Origin: Escherichia phage vB_EcoS_011D5
Length of the DNA stretch: 45,204 nt
Reading direction: 5' to 3' (one strand)
Sequence record: NC_073085.1
In this document: piece by piece, positions 8,591 to 17,222 of the stretch
Position numbering within the stretch: position 1 is the stretch's first letter
Layout of the letters: the number at the start of each line of letters is the position of its first letter
Made by a program: the position numbers and the translations under genes
Notes under the pieces: generated by a model
Told to the model about the DNA's origin: nothing
Databases searched by the model: none
Seen by the model: the letters and a program-made list of their open reading frames with translations, nothing else

Positions 8591-8621
8591 CGTTGGTCAT
8601 TAGCCAACAGGAGACTGAATT

Positions 8622-8951
8622 ATGAATATCAAAGAAGCAATTGAAGTGTTATCTAATGCAATCCGCGGCGAAGCGGGTAAATCCTGGTATTACACAAATG
8701 CGGTGGATACTCTGTTATTTGAAGTGTCCAGATTATCGCGTGCTGAGAAGGAGCTTACCGCGAAGCTGGAATTACTCAACGGCACGGCAGCAAGCAAGCT
8801 GCAAAAGCACAATGAAGAAATGGAAGAATACAAAAAACAGGTTATCCGTTTGCGCGCCGAGGGCAAATCCTGGGCAATGATCGCTGAGTTGACAGGAATT
8901 AATCAGAGCACCGTGCGCTCCTGGGTACGCAATAATAAAACTTCGAAGTAA
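8622..8951 (+). CDS. HTH DNA-binding protein (putative early transcriptional regulator)
   Basis: C-terminal HTH-like SWAMIAELTGINQSTVRSWV; first gene of the rightward operon. Confidence 0.6.
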   Translation: MNIKEAIEVLSNAIRGEAGKSWYYTNAVDTLLFEVSRLSRAEKELTAKLELLNGTAASKLQKHNEEMEEYKKQVIRLRAEGKSWAMIAELTGINQSTVRSWVRNNKTSK

Positions 8952-8961
8952 GGCAACGGCA

Positions 8962-11226
8962 ATGAGCTTAATTAAATTCGCGGTAACACGACCCGCTAAA
9001 AAAGGCGAAAAAGCCAGGGCGGAAAACTTCCAGATGACCACCGATGAATTTTTCGAATTTATCAATGACGCGAAAGAAATCTCCTCGGTGCATATCAACA
9101 AGACGGAAGATAAAGCCGAGTATGCGCGCCGCAAGCGTAAGGCCGATGGCATCGTAGCTTATACCAGTGACGGCCTGCGCCGCAAGACCAGTGCGGTGGA
9201 CCGCTCGATCCTGTTCTTCGATATTGACCGCACCGACACTCGCACCCTACGCCGCTGCCGTAAGGCTTTCATCGACGCGGGGCTGGAGCACGTATTCCAC
9301 ACAACCACCGGCGACCGCCACCCGCTGAAAGGCGGCACGCGTTGCGCCCGTTTCCTGGTACTCACTGACAAGCCTGTACCGGCGGAAGACCTGGGCCGTG
9401 TCCAGTATGCGCTATTACACCAACTTGGCCTGTCAGATGTGGACTTCGACGATTGCACGAAAGACACAAACCGCCTGATGTACCTGCCGCACCAGCAGTC
9501 TGTCATTAAGTGTCACTACGGCAAACGTGCCCGCGTCCGTCGTCTGCTCCGCCTGGCGGATACGCTTGGCGTGGAGAAGGAAGAAGTACGCCGCGAGCTT
9601 ACCCAGGGCGACGACGCAGTGGCAGACGGCATTCTGGACTGGTGCTTCCAGGCAGGATTCGAGGAGTTATCTTCCGGTCGCGGTTATGAAGTGCCGTGCC
9701 CGAACGAACATCTGCACAGCGGCGAAGGGTCGACGGCTATCATGGTCAAGGATGGCGAGATCCGTTTCAAGTGTATGCACACCGGAAACGAGTGTTGCTC
9801 GGAGCTAAATAGACACCAGCACCTGGCGCTACGTCTTATCGGGATACCGGACCACCTGAACGTCGAGCCGCACAACATGTCACGTAAGCAAATCGCCGCC
9901 ATCCTCCCAGGGCTGGACGACGAGGAAGTCGAATCCTTATATGAACATATTGTTGATGCGGTTGGCGACGGCGAAGAATACGGCGTGTGCACCGATGCGG
10001 ATCTGGATAACGAGCCGGTCGCACTATTCAGTAAGCACGACCCGATCATCGAAGGGCTGATTAACTTTAAATCGACCTGGTATATGGCGGGCGAGTCGAA
10101 TATAGGTAAGTCCTTCTACGTGCTGGGGCAGATGGGCGCGGTTGCCGCGGGTATCCCGTTTGGCGGTGCGAAGGTCGTCCAGTCTCATTGCTTCTATTTC
10201 GACGCGGAAGGTGGCGAAGCCTCCAACCAGCGTAAAGAAGCATTGCAGATTAAATATGAGCACGACCTGGACAAGCTGCACATTATAGACCTGCAGTCCC
10301 GCGGCTGGGATATCACCAGCAAGTCCGGTTTGCGCGAAGTTATCAGTTTTATCAACCGCACCGCTAACGGCGAACCGGTTGGCCTGGTGGCGTTCGACTC
10401 ACTCAACCAGACTGTTGCGCTGCGGTCCGCCGATGCTAAACCGTTTGACGAGAACAACGCCAGCGATATGGGTGAAGTGGTCAAAGCGCTGAAAGCCATT
10501 GCGGAAAACACAGGTGGCAGTGCGGGCGTCATCCACCACCCGGCGAAGGGTGCAAACGGCAGCAGATCTCCCCGTGGGTCCGGCGCACTGCATGGCGCTG
10601 TCGATTCTGCGTTCTTCCTGGAACAGCCGGACGACAACCAGCCGGGACAACTCAACCTGTATCACGAAAAATCACGTAACGGCATCAAGCAAGCGCCGCG
10701 TGGCTTCGTCCTGCTCAAGTGCAAGGTGAAGGTGGATCTCCGCAAGTCAGAAGCGTTCGCGTCGCACCAGTCCACCAGCACCGGGCCAGACTTCGGCGAC
10801 GTTGTTGCCGGTTGGGACGTCAAACCAATTGCATCCACGCCACGCGATGAGACTCTGTACCTCGTACCGGTCGCCCTGGCACCGTTCGCTATAGAACAGG
10901 CGAAGGCGGCGGGCAAAGCCGCAGTTAAGGAAGAGAACACCGCCGGTCCGCGCAACGAAAAAGAGAAAGTGCTTTATGCGGCCCTGGAAAAACTGATGGA
11001 AGATAACCCGAGCCACACTGGATTCAGTAAATCGGCAATTGTCCGCCAGGCGGGACTCGCGAAGGGAGGCACTTCGACGAAGGCAATCGACGATATGGTC
11101 GAGCGCGGCGTGATTGGTTTTTATACAGACCCGCACACCGGGGCCATCTATGGGTCGTCGAATTTGGTCATCAAATCGGATATTCCCATAACGCTTTCGG
11201 CGACCGATGATGACCTGAAAGATTAA
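8962..11226 (+). CDS. Bifunctional primase/helicase (AEP-type prim-pol N-domain, zinc-binding linker, RecA/DnaB-like ATPase)
   Basis: ILFFDIDR...FHTTTGDRH (AEP motifs); CPNEHLHS...CMHTGNECC; Walker A GESNIGKS; Walker B VAFDSLNQ. Confidence 0.8.
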   Translation: MSLIKFAVTRPAKKGEKARAENFQMTTDEFFEFINDAKEISSVHINKTEDKAEYARRKRKADGIVAYTSDGLRRKTSAVDRSILFFDIDRTDTRTLRRCRKAFIDAGLEHVFHTTTGDRHPLKGGTRCARFLVLTDKPVPAEDLGRVQYALLHQLGLSDVDFDDCTKDTNRLMYLPHQQSVIKCHYGKRARVRRLLRLADTLGVEKEEVRRELTQGDDAVADGILDWCFQAGFEELSSGRGYEVPCPNEHLHSGEGSTAIMVKDGEIRFKCMHTGNECCSELNRHQHLALRLIGIPDHLNVEPHNMSRKQIAAILPGLDDEEVESLYEHIVDAVGDGEEYGVCTDADLDNEPVALFSKHDPIIEGLINFKSTWYMAGESNIGKSFYVLGQMGAVAAGIPFGGAKVVQSHCFYFDAEGGEASNQRKEALQIKYEHDLDKLHIIDLQSRGWDITSKSGLREVISFINRTANGEPVGLVAFDSLNQTVALRSADAKPFDENNASDMGEVVKALKAIAENTGGSAGVIHHPAKGANGSRSPRGSGALHGAVDSAFFLEQPDDNQPGQLNLYHEKSRNGIKQAPRGFVLLKCKVKVDLRKSEAFASHQSTSTGPDFGDVVAGWDVKPIASTPRDETLYLVPVALAPFAIEQAKAAGKAAVKEENTAGPRNEKEKVLYAALEKLMEDNPSHTGFSKSAIVRQAGLAKGGTSTKAIDDMVERGVIGFYTDPHTGAIYGSSNLVIKSDIPITLSATDDDLKD

Positions 11227-11319
11227 ATTTTGCGCGCATTGGTTGCCATTTTGAGTGTTTTTAGCTGGTCGCATTGGTTGCCGTGTGGTGTAAATATAGT
11301 GAATAGTTATGCAATAAAA

Positions 11320-11490
11320 CTGCATAAAGTAAGCGGGACAAAAAGCGGGACAGACCAGGGGCGGGACAAAGCGGGACAGCACCCCTGTCCCACCCCGGAT
11401 GACGCGGCCTGGCGGGGAGCGGGACAGGCGGGACAAACCCCAGTCTTTCAGACTAGACGGGGGTCAGTTGGCCCCCTCGTCTGAGACTGC
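11320..11490 (+). repeat. Composite repeat element copy A: 6 direct GCGGGACA(R) units, an inverted TGTCCC and a conserved GC hairpin block
   Basis: Direct reading; ~85-90 percent identical to 28560-28730. Confidence 0.85.
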
Positions 11491-11705
11491 ATAAAATCCG
11501 GGATTGCATAATACACGGCAGCATATTGGAAATCGCGGTCGTCGCTGAACTAGGCAACCAATGCGAGTTGCAGAATGGTGGGTGGGGAATGCAGTTTGCA
11601 GTTACAGCAGATAGCGATCAACTTTTTCATGCGCATGATTAATATTGGTTGCATTCGTGCCAGCACCCTGCTAGATTGGTTGCACACCAACAAGAGGACT
11701 GAACA

Positions 11706-12032
11706 ATGAAAAAATTAATCTGGAATTACGCAATGGCTATGGCGAAGGCACAAGAAGCGGCGGAGTTCGCCGGTGAGGGGGTGGAAGCAGTAGAAAGACT
11801 ATCGGCAGCGTGGGCCGTTGTGCGGGTGATGCGGCGGGCCATCGCCGTTATGCTTGAGCGCCGCTTCGACACGATGGAAGAGATCCAGCCACTGGCGAAC
11901 GCCATCCAGGACTACGCGCTTGCATTCTCCCGTGAGCGCCTGGCGTATCGCTTCGGGATCGGTGAGACGGCAGTGACAAACGTCGCCCGGATTAAAGCAC
12001 AGCGCGAACTATTTGCCCAGCTTGCGAAATAA
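11706..12032 (+). CDS. Hypothetical protein (108 aa)
   Basis: ATG with RBS AGAGGA; TTGGTTGCA motifs upstream. Confidence 0.55.
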   Translation: MKKLIWNYAMAMAKAQEAAEFAGEGVEAVERLSAAWAVVRVMRRAIAVMLERRFDTMEEIQPLANAIQDYALAFSRERLAYRFGIGETAVTNVARIKAQRELFAQLAK

Positions 12033-12040
12033 GGGCCAAA

Positions 12041-12310
12041 ATGGTCCGCAGACGAGCTAAACAGCTTTCGTGGCATATTCCACTGCATTGTATACGCATA
12101 TGGGCTAAGAATGCGACTGAGGGCGATTCTGTGTTCTGGAGCTATCGCGACGATGTGAAGCCGTTGACGCAGACACGCTACTTGCACCAGTTCGCAGCAA
12201 AACACGATTTCAGGGTGCGGACCTCCTTGCAACCAATGGGAATCCGTATTACATTACGCCGGAAGCCCGCCGTTGAGCGGGTAGGCAAACACTGGAGACT
12301 AAGCAAATGA
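12041..12310 (+). CDS. Hypothetical protein (89 aa)
   Basis: ORF-track; operon context. Confidence 0.45.
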   Translation: MVRRRAKQLSWHIPLHCIRIWAKNATEGDSVFWSYRDDVKPLTQTRYLHQFAAKHDFRVRTSLQPMGIRITLRRKPAVERVGKHWRLSK

Positions 12311-12459
12311 CCAAAGTCGAGAGTAAGGCCACCGGTCTGATCTATCTTGTGGTGTGGGAGGGGAACGGGTGTGTTACGCTCATGTACCCAAAAACAAAAG
12401 AGCGCCACACTATCAGCCAATTTACCCTGAACAAAAACTACAGGAGACTGAGCAAATGA
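12307..12459 (+). CDS. Small hypothetical protein (~50 aa)
   Basis: Read by eye: MTKVESKATGLIYLVVWEGNG...; ATGA overlaps on both sides. Confidence 0.35.
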   Translation: MTKVESKATGLIYLVVWEGNGCVTLMYPKTKERHTISQFTLNKNYRRLSK

Positions 12460-13073
12460 AATTACTATTCCGCCGCAAATCGGACGGCAAAATACTTAGA
12501 CCAATACAGACCCTTTCCGCCTACGTGCGCCTACACCACGCCGCAAGCGATCGTGTCTGGTGGGCAACAAAAGCTAAACTTCCGGAGAAATACGATATTG
12601 TCACGCATGATATTGAGCGCGGCGATGTGCTGCGTGATATTCGCGACGGCAGTATGTGGATCGTCGAGTATGTCGGGCTTCATGGCCTGCGTATGCAAAA
12701 CCGCAAGGATGGCGTCGCCGGTATGACTTACTTCGGCCTTGTCAACTACGAGCGAGTAGGCCGCAAATACTGCATTCGTGACCGCCAGCCGCATGAGCGA
12801 TCGAGCGCCATAGCGGACGCAGTTAACCGCGTAACGCATGACGTGGCGCAGAAGACGCGTGTGGAGTTCCGCAAGTCGCAGCCCGCCTACGCGACCTACG
12901 ACTCCCACCAGGTGCAAGCGAAGATGGGCAACGCAGTACGCCAAATCGTCAATCGCTTTGATGCCGTGACGAACGCACAGCGCCATGCGCAGGAGTATGG
13001 CGTTGGATTCATCCGGGTGGAACGAGACGGCAGCGTGAAAGCCATCGACCCGCGCTCGGTGATTCTGAAATGA
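12456..13073 (+). CDS. Hypothetical protein (~206 aa)
   Basis: ORF-track 12354..13073 trimmed to MKLLFRRK with RBS CAGGAGA. Confidence 0.55.
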   Translation: MKLLFRRKSDGKILRPIQTLSAYVRLHHAASDRVWWATKAKLPEKYDIVTHDIERGDVLRDIRDGSMWIVEYVGLHGLRMQNRKDGVAGMTYFGLVNYERVGRKYCIRDRQPHERSSAIADAVNRVTHDVAQKTRVEFRKSQPAYATYDSHQVQAKMGNAVRQIVNRFDAVTNAQRHAQEYGVGFIRVERDGSVKAIDPRSVILK

Positions 13074-13210
13074 GTGCGACTATCCGTGATATGCTTCAGC
13101 ATAACCGCTTCGAGATAGGCGGTCGGGTATTTCGCAATTACTTCGTGGCGCGTGCATGGGCGCGCCATATTGGCAAACCGGAAGGGGCAATTCGATGCTA
13201 CACGACGTGA
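13070..13210 (+). CDS. Small hypothetical protein (~46 aa)
   Basis: ATGA overlap with upstream stop; read by eye. Confidence 0.3.
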   Translation: MSATIRDMLQHNRFEIGGRVFRNYFVARAWARHIGKPEGAIRCYTT

Positions 13211-13482
13211 TTTATTGGTTTGGTTTGATCTGCGGGATGTGCCTGCTTACCGCGGTGCTGTTGGGTGTCCTGATGTTCGTAGTATGGCCTGCAGTGGAAG
13301 CCGCCAGCATTACCCGCATGACGTTCGAGATCTACAAGCGCCGTGGAATCACGGAGCACCCGACCAGGTTGCGCATGTGGTGGCTGTGGTATCGGGATAT
13401 GATAGGCGGTCGAACATTCGAAGCCGTCCGCTCATCCGGGTGGGAGTGGAAAGGCGTCGGCAAGTGGTCCGTTTTCGATTAA
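13195..13482 (+). CDS. Small membrane protein
   Basis: MLHDVIYWFGLICGMCLLTAVLLGVLMFVVW; RBS GAAGGGG. Confidence 0.5.
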   Translation: MLHDVIYWFGLICGMCLLTAVLLGVLMFVVWPAVEAASITRMTFEIYKRRGITEHPTRLRMWWLWYRDMIGGRTFEAVRSSGWEWKGVGKWSVFD

Positions 13483-13498
13483 TTATGCAAGCGTGATA

Positions 13499-13536
13499 TA
13501 GTCCCAGTGAGATAAAACTTACTGGGACTTTTTTTA
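13499..13536 (+). terminator. Hairpin plus T-run abutting the start of the lysis cassette
   Basis: AGTCCCAGT...ACTGGGACT followed by TTTTTTT directly before the ATG at 13536. Confidence 0.55.
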
Positions 13537-13826
13537 TGGATAAGCTAAACGAGTGGCTATTCGCCCTGGCATGTCTGGCGGGTGGCTTCGTAGGCGCACG
13601 CATTCATGGCGAGGCTACGAAGGGGCCGCTAAACTTCGTTTTGTATGTCGTAGTTGGCTTCCTGTGTGCCATATTTGGCGCACCGGCTATTGCCGAGTGG
13701 GCTGGTTTGTCGGGGGAGCGCACTGTCGCCGGTTTGGGCTTCGTGACCGCAATTTTCTGGATGCCAATCGCCGACCGGATCAGGGAGACTATTGCGTCGT
13801 TCCGACTTCCGGGGGGTGCAAAATGA
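13536..13826 (+). CDS. Holin-like membrane protein (2-3 TM segments)
   Basis: Hydrophobic segments LFALACLAGGFVGA, FVLYVVVGFLCAIFGAPAI, GLGFVTAIFWMPI; immediately upstream of endolysin. Confidence 0.6.
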   Translation: MDKLNEWLFALACLAGGFVGARIHGEATKGPLNFVLYVVVGFLCAIFGAPAIAEWAGLSGERTVAGLGFVTAIFWMPIADRIRETIASFRLPGGAK

Positions 13827-14068
13827 TTATCTCCGTCCTGTTGTTTGTTATCATCGGGGCTTCGTCCCTGTTTAACGTGTATGCGCCGTCCGTCCAGGAT
13901 GGCATTTTCGGTCGGGTGCTGTATCTGTTAACGGCAATGGTCTGTATTATCGGACTGTTGCAAACAGGAGACGTATCTGATACCACCTGGACCGCGTTAA
14001 TATGGCTGTTTGCATTGCGCACACTGCGTAATGCTGTTTTGAATGGGGTAAAACATGCGATTCAGTGA
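13823..14068 (+). CDS. Second holin/antiholin-like membrane protein
   Basis: MIISVLLFVIIGASSLF...VLYLLTAMVCIIGLL...ALIWLFAL; overlaps neighbours. Confidence 0.55.
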   Translation: MIISVLLFVIIGASSLFNVYAPSVQDGIFGRVLYLLTAMVCIIGLLQTGDVSDTTWTALIWLFALRTLRNAVLNGVKHAIQ

Positions 14069-14546
14069 CAACGGTCTAAGATTTACGGCAGCATGGGAGG
14101 CTTTCAGCCCGGTGCCGTATTTCGCGACCAAGAAAGAGCAGGCCCGCGGCCTGTACACCTGGGGTTATGGTCATACCGGCACTAATCCGCCTCGAAGCAT
14201 TACCCGAGAAGAAGCGCTGGCACTGCTCAAGCGCGATGTGGCGTATGCCGAGGATTGGGTGAACAAATACGCTCATAAGAGCATTAACCAGGCGCAATTT
14301 GACGCGCTGGTGGACCTGGTAATCAATGCCGGTCCGGGTCCGATCGTACCGGATGACGTCGCGAATGATTTCGATGACGCTGTGCGGTTGGGCGACTGGG
14401 CGAAGGTCCGTGCTACGCTGCCGCTGTTCCGCAAGCAAGGCGGGGAAGTGCTTAAGGGTCTGGTACGCCGTGCAATCGGCAGACAGGCGTTGTTTGATGG
14501 TAAGCAGTGGGACGTTGCCGAGCGAATCGGTCGTAACGCAGCATAA
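14055..14546 (+). CDS. Endolysin, GH24/T4-lysozyme-like
   Basis: Catalytic-region pattern AAWEAF...YTWGYGHTG; 163 aa; follows holin-like genes. Confidence 0.8.
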   Translation: MRFSDNGLRFTAAWEAFSPVPYFATKKEQARGLYTWGYGHTGTNPPRSITREEALALLKRDVAYAEDWVNKYAHKSINQAQFDALVDLVINAGPGPIVPDDVANDFDDAVRLGDWAKVRATLPLFRKQGGEVLKGLVRRAIGRQALFDGKQWDVAERIGRNAA

Positions 14547-14562
14547 TACGAGGGGACACGAT

Positions 14563-14964
14563 ATGTTAGATTCGATCTTGCGACGTAAAGAACGCATTAT
14601 CAAGACACTGCCCGCAGTGCAGAACCCAGAAGCGCGCCGCATCCTGGCGGGCGATATGAATATTTCAGGAGTCTTTGACAAGGCGGTGCCTGAAGGGACG
14701 CCGGTGGCGAGCGCTACCGTTACCATCACGCCAGCTACCGCCGCAGTTGGTGAGACAGCCGCCGCGACTGTTGCCATCCTGCCATCCGGCGCTACCAACA
14801 AGGCCGGGTCGTGGGTGTCTGCTAACCCTAACCGCGCCTCAATCAATCCGACTACCGGCGAAATCACCGCGAAAGCTGCGGGTAACGTCCGCATCGTTTG
14901 GGTGGCGTCAGACGGTAGCGGGGTGCAGGCTGACGCAGGCTTCACAGTAACGGCAGCAGAGTAA
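14563..14964 (+). CDS. Bacterial Ig-like (Big_2-like) domain protein
   Basis: C-terminal Ala/Thr-rich beta-sandwich-like ATVTITPATAAVGE...NVRIVWVASDGSGVQADAGFTVTA. Confidence 0.5.
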   Translation: MLDSILRRKERIIKTLPAVQNPEARRILAGDMNISGVFDKAVPEGTPVASATVTITPATAAVGETAAATVAILPSGATNKAGSWVSANPNRASINPTTGEITAKAAGNVRIVWVASDGSGVQADAGFTVTAAE

Positions 14965-14970
14965 ACCAAC

Positions 14971-14996
14971 AAGCCCGGTTAATTCCGGGCTTTTTA
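14971..14996 (+). terminator. Intrinsic terminator
   Basis: AGCCCGG-ttaatt-CCGGGCT followed by TTTTT. Confidence 0.7.
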
Positions 14997-15059
14997 TTGC
15001 TTGACTTGCAACCAACATAGACGCCATACTGCGACCAATCAACGAGAGGAGTAATCACG

Positions 15060-15140
15060 ATGGCACGTAAAGATATTTGGGTATTAGCGATCTGGACCAC
15101 CGCGGCTTTTATCGGCATGGTTATTTGCGAATTGATATAG
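15060..15140 (+). CDS. Small hydrophobic peptide (26 aa)
   Basis: RBS GAGAGGA 9 nt upstream; MARKDIWVLAIWTTAAFIGMVICELI. Confidence 0.3.
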   Translation: MARKDIWVLAIWTTAAFIGMVICELI

Positions 15141-15201
15141 CCCGCCGCCATACGGACCGTGGTATATTGTCCACGGTCCACTAATCAGGAATTAATTAAA
15201 T

Positions 15202-16344
15202 ATGCACCCGCAAACTAAAATTACCGATGAGCAATTGATCGCAGAAATTCAGGCAGGGACTACGGTTAGAGAGATCGCGAAGAAATACGGCATTGCACTT
15301 CGAAACGTCTACATGCGCAAAGCCCGCCTATCGAAAAAGGGGATTGGTCACGGCAATGATGCCGTAATCCGTAAGCGCGTTGCCGATGGCTTTGGGGTTA
15401 AGCGCGTATCGGCCCTGGTGCGCGGCAATGGCGAAGAGGTCATGTCGTGGGTCATCACTGAGCAGGACAAGGAGCGCCAACTCGAAGCTATGCGCGCTGT
15501 TGTCGAGGGTATGAACAGCGAAATCACACCGGCAGCGCCAGTAAACGCCCCGCCAGTCCCTACCCAGGCGCTCGACTTGCTAAACCTGTACACGGTGTCG
15601 GACTTCCACCTGGGTATGCTGGCATGGGGTGAGGAGACTGGCGAAGACTGGGATATGGCTATTGCGGAAGACCTGTTCTACCGCTGGTTTGTCGAAGCCT
15701 TCGCCCGCGCGCCGGACGCAGGCACTGCCGTCATCAATATCCTCGGTGATATGGCACACTTTGATAGCCTTGATGCCGTCACCCCCGCCAGCGGGCACGT
15801 ACTGGATGCAGACACTCGATACCAGAAGTTGGTCCGCTATATGATACGCATGGTGCGCAACGTCGTAGACCTGGCGCTGCAAAAACACCATAAAGTAAAA
15901 CTGCTAATCGTCCAGGGTAATCATGACGAATCGGGTATGATTTGGCTTGCTGAGATGTTCAGCACCCTGTATGAGAACGAGCCGCGCGTCGATGTGGATA
16001 CGTCCCCGGACGTCTACAAAATGGTGCAGCACGGTAAGACCACGCTGTTTTTCCACCACGGGCACAAAGCGCGATTCGATGCTATCGAGCAGGTTATGAT
16101 CGCCAAATTCAGACAGGCGTTCGGGTCGAGCGAATACAGCTACGCGCACGTAGGTCATTTGCACCACCAGAAGATTGTCGAGTCTCGCAACATGATTGTT
16201 GAACAGCACCGGACGCTCGCAGCGAAAGACGCCTACGCCAGCCGCGGCGGCTGGATGAGCGGTCGCAGTGCCAACGTCATTACCTACAGCGCCAACTACG
16301 GCGAAGTAGCGCGCTTAACCATTAGCCCGGAAATGTTGAAATGA
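15202..16344 (+). CDS. HTH domain fused to a calcineurin-like metallophosphoesterase
   Basis: N-terminal HTH TTVREIAKKYGIALRNVYMRKARL; phosphoesterase motifs SDFHLG, ILGDMAHFD, VQGNHDE, FFHHGH, VGHLHH. Confidence 0.7.
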   Translation: MHPQTKITDEQLIAEIQAGTTVREIAKKYGIALRNVYMRKARLSKKGIGHGNDAVIRKRVADGFGVKRVSALVRGNGEEVMSWVITEQDKERQLEAMRAVVEGMNSEITPAAPVNAPPVPTQALDLLNLYTVSDFHLGMLAWGEETGEDWDMAIAEDLFYRWFVEAFARAPDAGTAVINILGDMAHFDSLDAVTPASGHVLDADTRYQKLVRYMIRMVRNVVDLALQKHHKVKLLIVQGNHDESGMIWLAEMFSTLYENEPRVDVDTSPDVYKMVQHGKTTLFFHHGHKARFDAIEQVMIAKFRQAFGSSEYSYAHVGHLHHQKIVESRNMIVEQHRTLAAKDAYASRGGWMSGRSANVITYSANYGEVARLTISPEMLK

Positions 16345-16553
16345 TCAGACAAGTATTCATGAGCACGCAGGCCGCACGCCTGAAAGAACTACGCAAACAA
16401 CTGGAAGGATTGCGCCGATTCGAACGAACGGCAGCGGCAGTCGGTATGTCGATGGATGAGCGAATCGAGATACTGTCGCAAATACGCTACACAGAGGGCG
16501 CTATACGCGAAGTACAAAGCATGTTAACCCGATACTACGGGCGCGACGTTTAA
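16341..16553 (+). CDS. Small coiled-coil hypothetical protein
   Basis: ATGA overlap with upstream gene; 70 aa. Confidence 0.45.
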   Translation: MIRQVFMSTQAARLKELRKQLEGLRRFERTAAAVGMSMDERIEILSQIRYTEGAIREVQSMLTRYYGRDV

Positions 16554-16649
16554 ACCGCATAGCCTGCCGATTTGGTGGGCTTTTTTGTGCCTGTTATAAT
16601 CCCCCTTAGATGGCAGGGCCGTCTCCTATGTTGCCGATGGTCGGCGCAT

Positions 16650-17222
16650 ATGAACAAAAGGGCTTATATCATGGCAGAAATCAAAGTTAAGGGCCGACGC
16701 GCCAAACTGGACGGACGAGTAGCAGTAACCCCGCGCCGTAAACCAGGCGAGCAAACCGAGCACACCAATCTCGGACCTGAAATAGAGTACGGAAAGCGCC
16801 GTAAAGGCGGCAAATGTGGACGCCCTACTGACTACAGATCCGTCTACTGCGACCAGCTTCGCCGCTATTTTGCCGACGCCGACGCCTGGCAGGTCAACTA
16901 CTCAGATAAAGGCGCTGCGCAAGTAATCCCCCGCAACAAAATGCCAACCTTCGGGCGATTTGCCGCGGAAATAGGCGTGGGTGTAGCTTGCCTGTATCGC
17001 TGGGCGCGTGCGCATGAGGAGTTCGCCGAGGCGATGGCTGACGCTATGGAGTTGCAGAAAACCTTCCTGATGGAAGCTGGCGGTGTGACCATCGCGGCGG
17101 GCTTCGCTACATTCCTGCTTAAAGCAAACCACGGCGTCCGCGACGATGTGCCGCTGGATGACGACGAAGATGATAACGGCGACGTCGTTGTGGAACCTAC
17201 CGGCAAAGGCCAGGGCGAATAA
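16650..17222 (+). CDS. Terminase small subunit
   Basis: HTH-like MPTFGRFAAEIGVGVACLYRWARAHEEFAEAM typical of TerS; directly upstream of TerL; acidic C-terminus. Confidence 0.7.
   Translation: MNKRAYIMAEIKVKGRRAKLDGRVAVTPRRKPGEQTEHTNLGPEIEYGKRRKGGKCGRPTDYRSVYCDQLRRYFADADAWQVNYSDKGAAQVIPRNKMPTFGRFAAEIGVGVACLYRWARAHEEFAEAMADAMELQKTFLMEAGGVTIAAGFATFLLKANHGVRDDVPLDDDEDDNGDVVVEPTGKGQGE

Noticed and set aside
11230-11484. ORF-track 84 aa ORF spanning composite repeat copy A
   Set aside because: Its sequence (GQ..GRDKAGQ) is just the translation of tandem GCGGGACAG repeats; no RBS; more plausibly noncoding.
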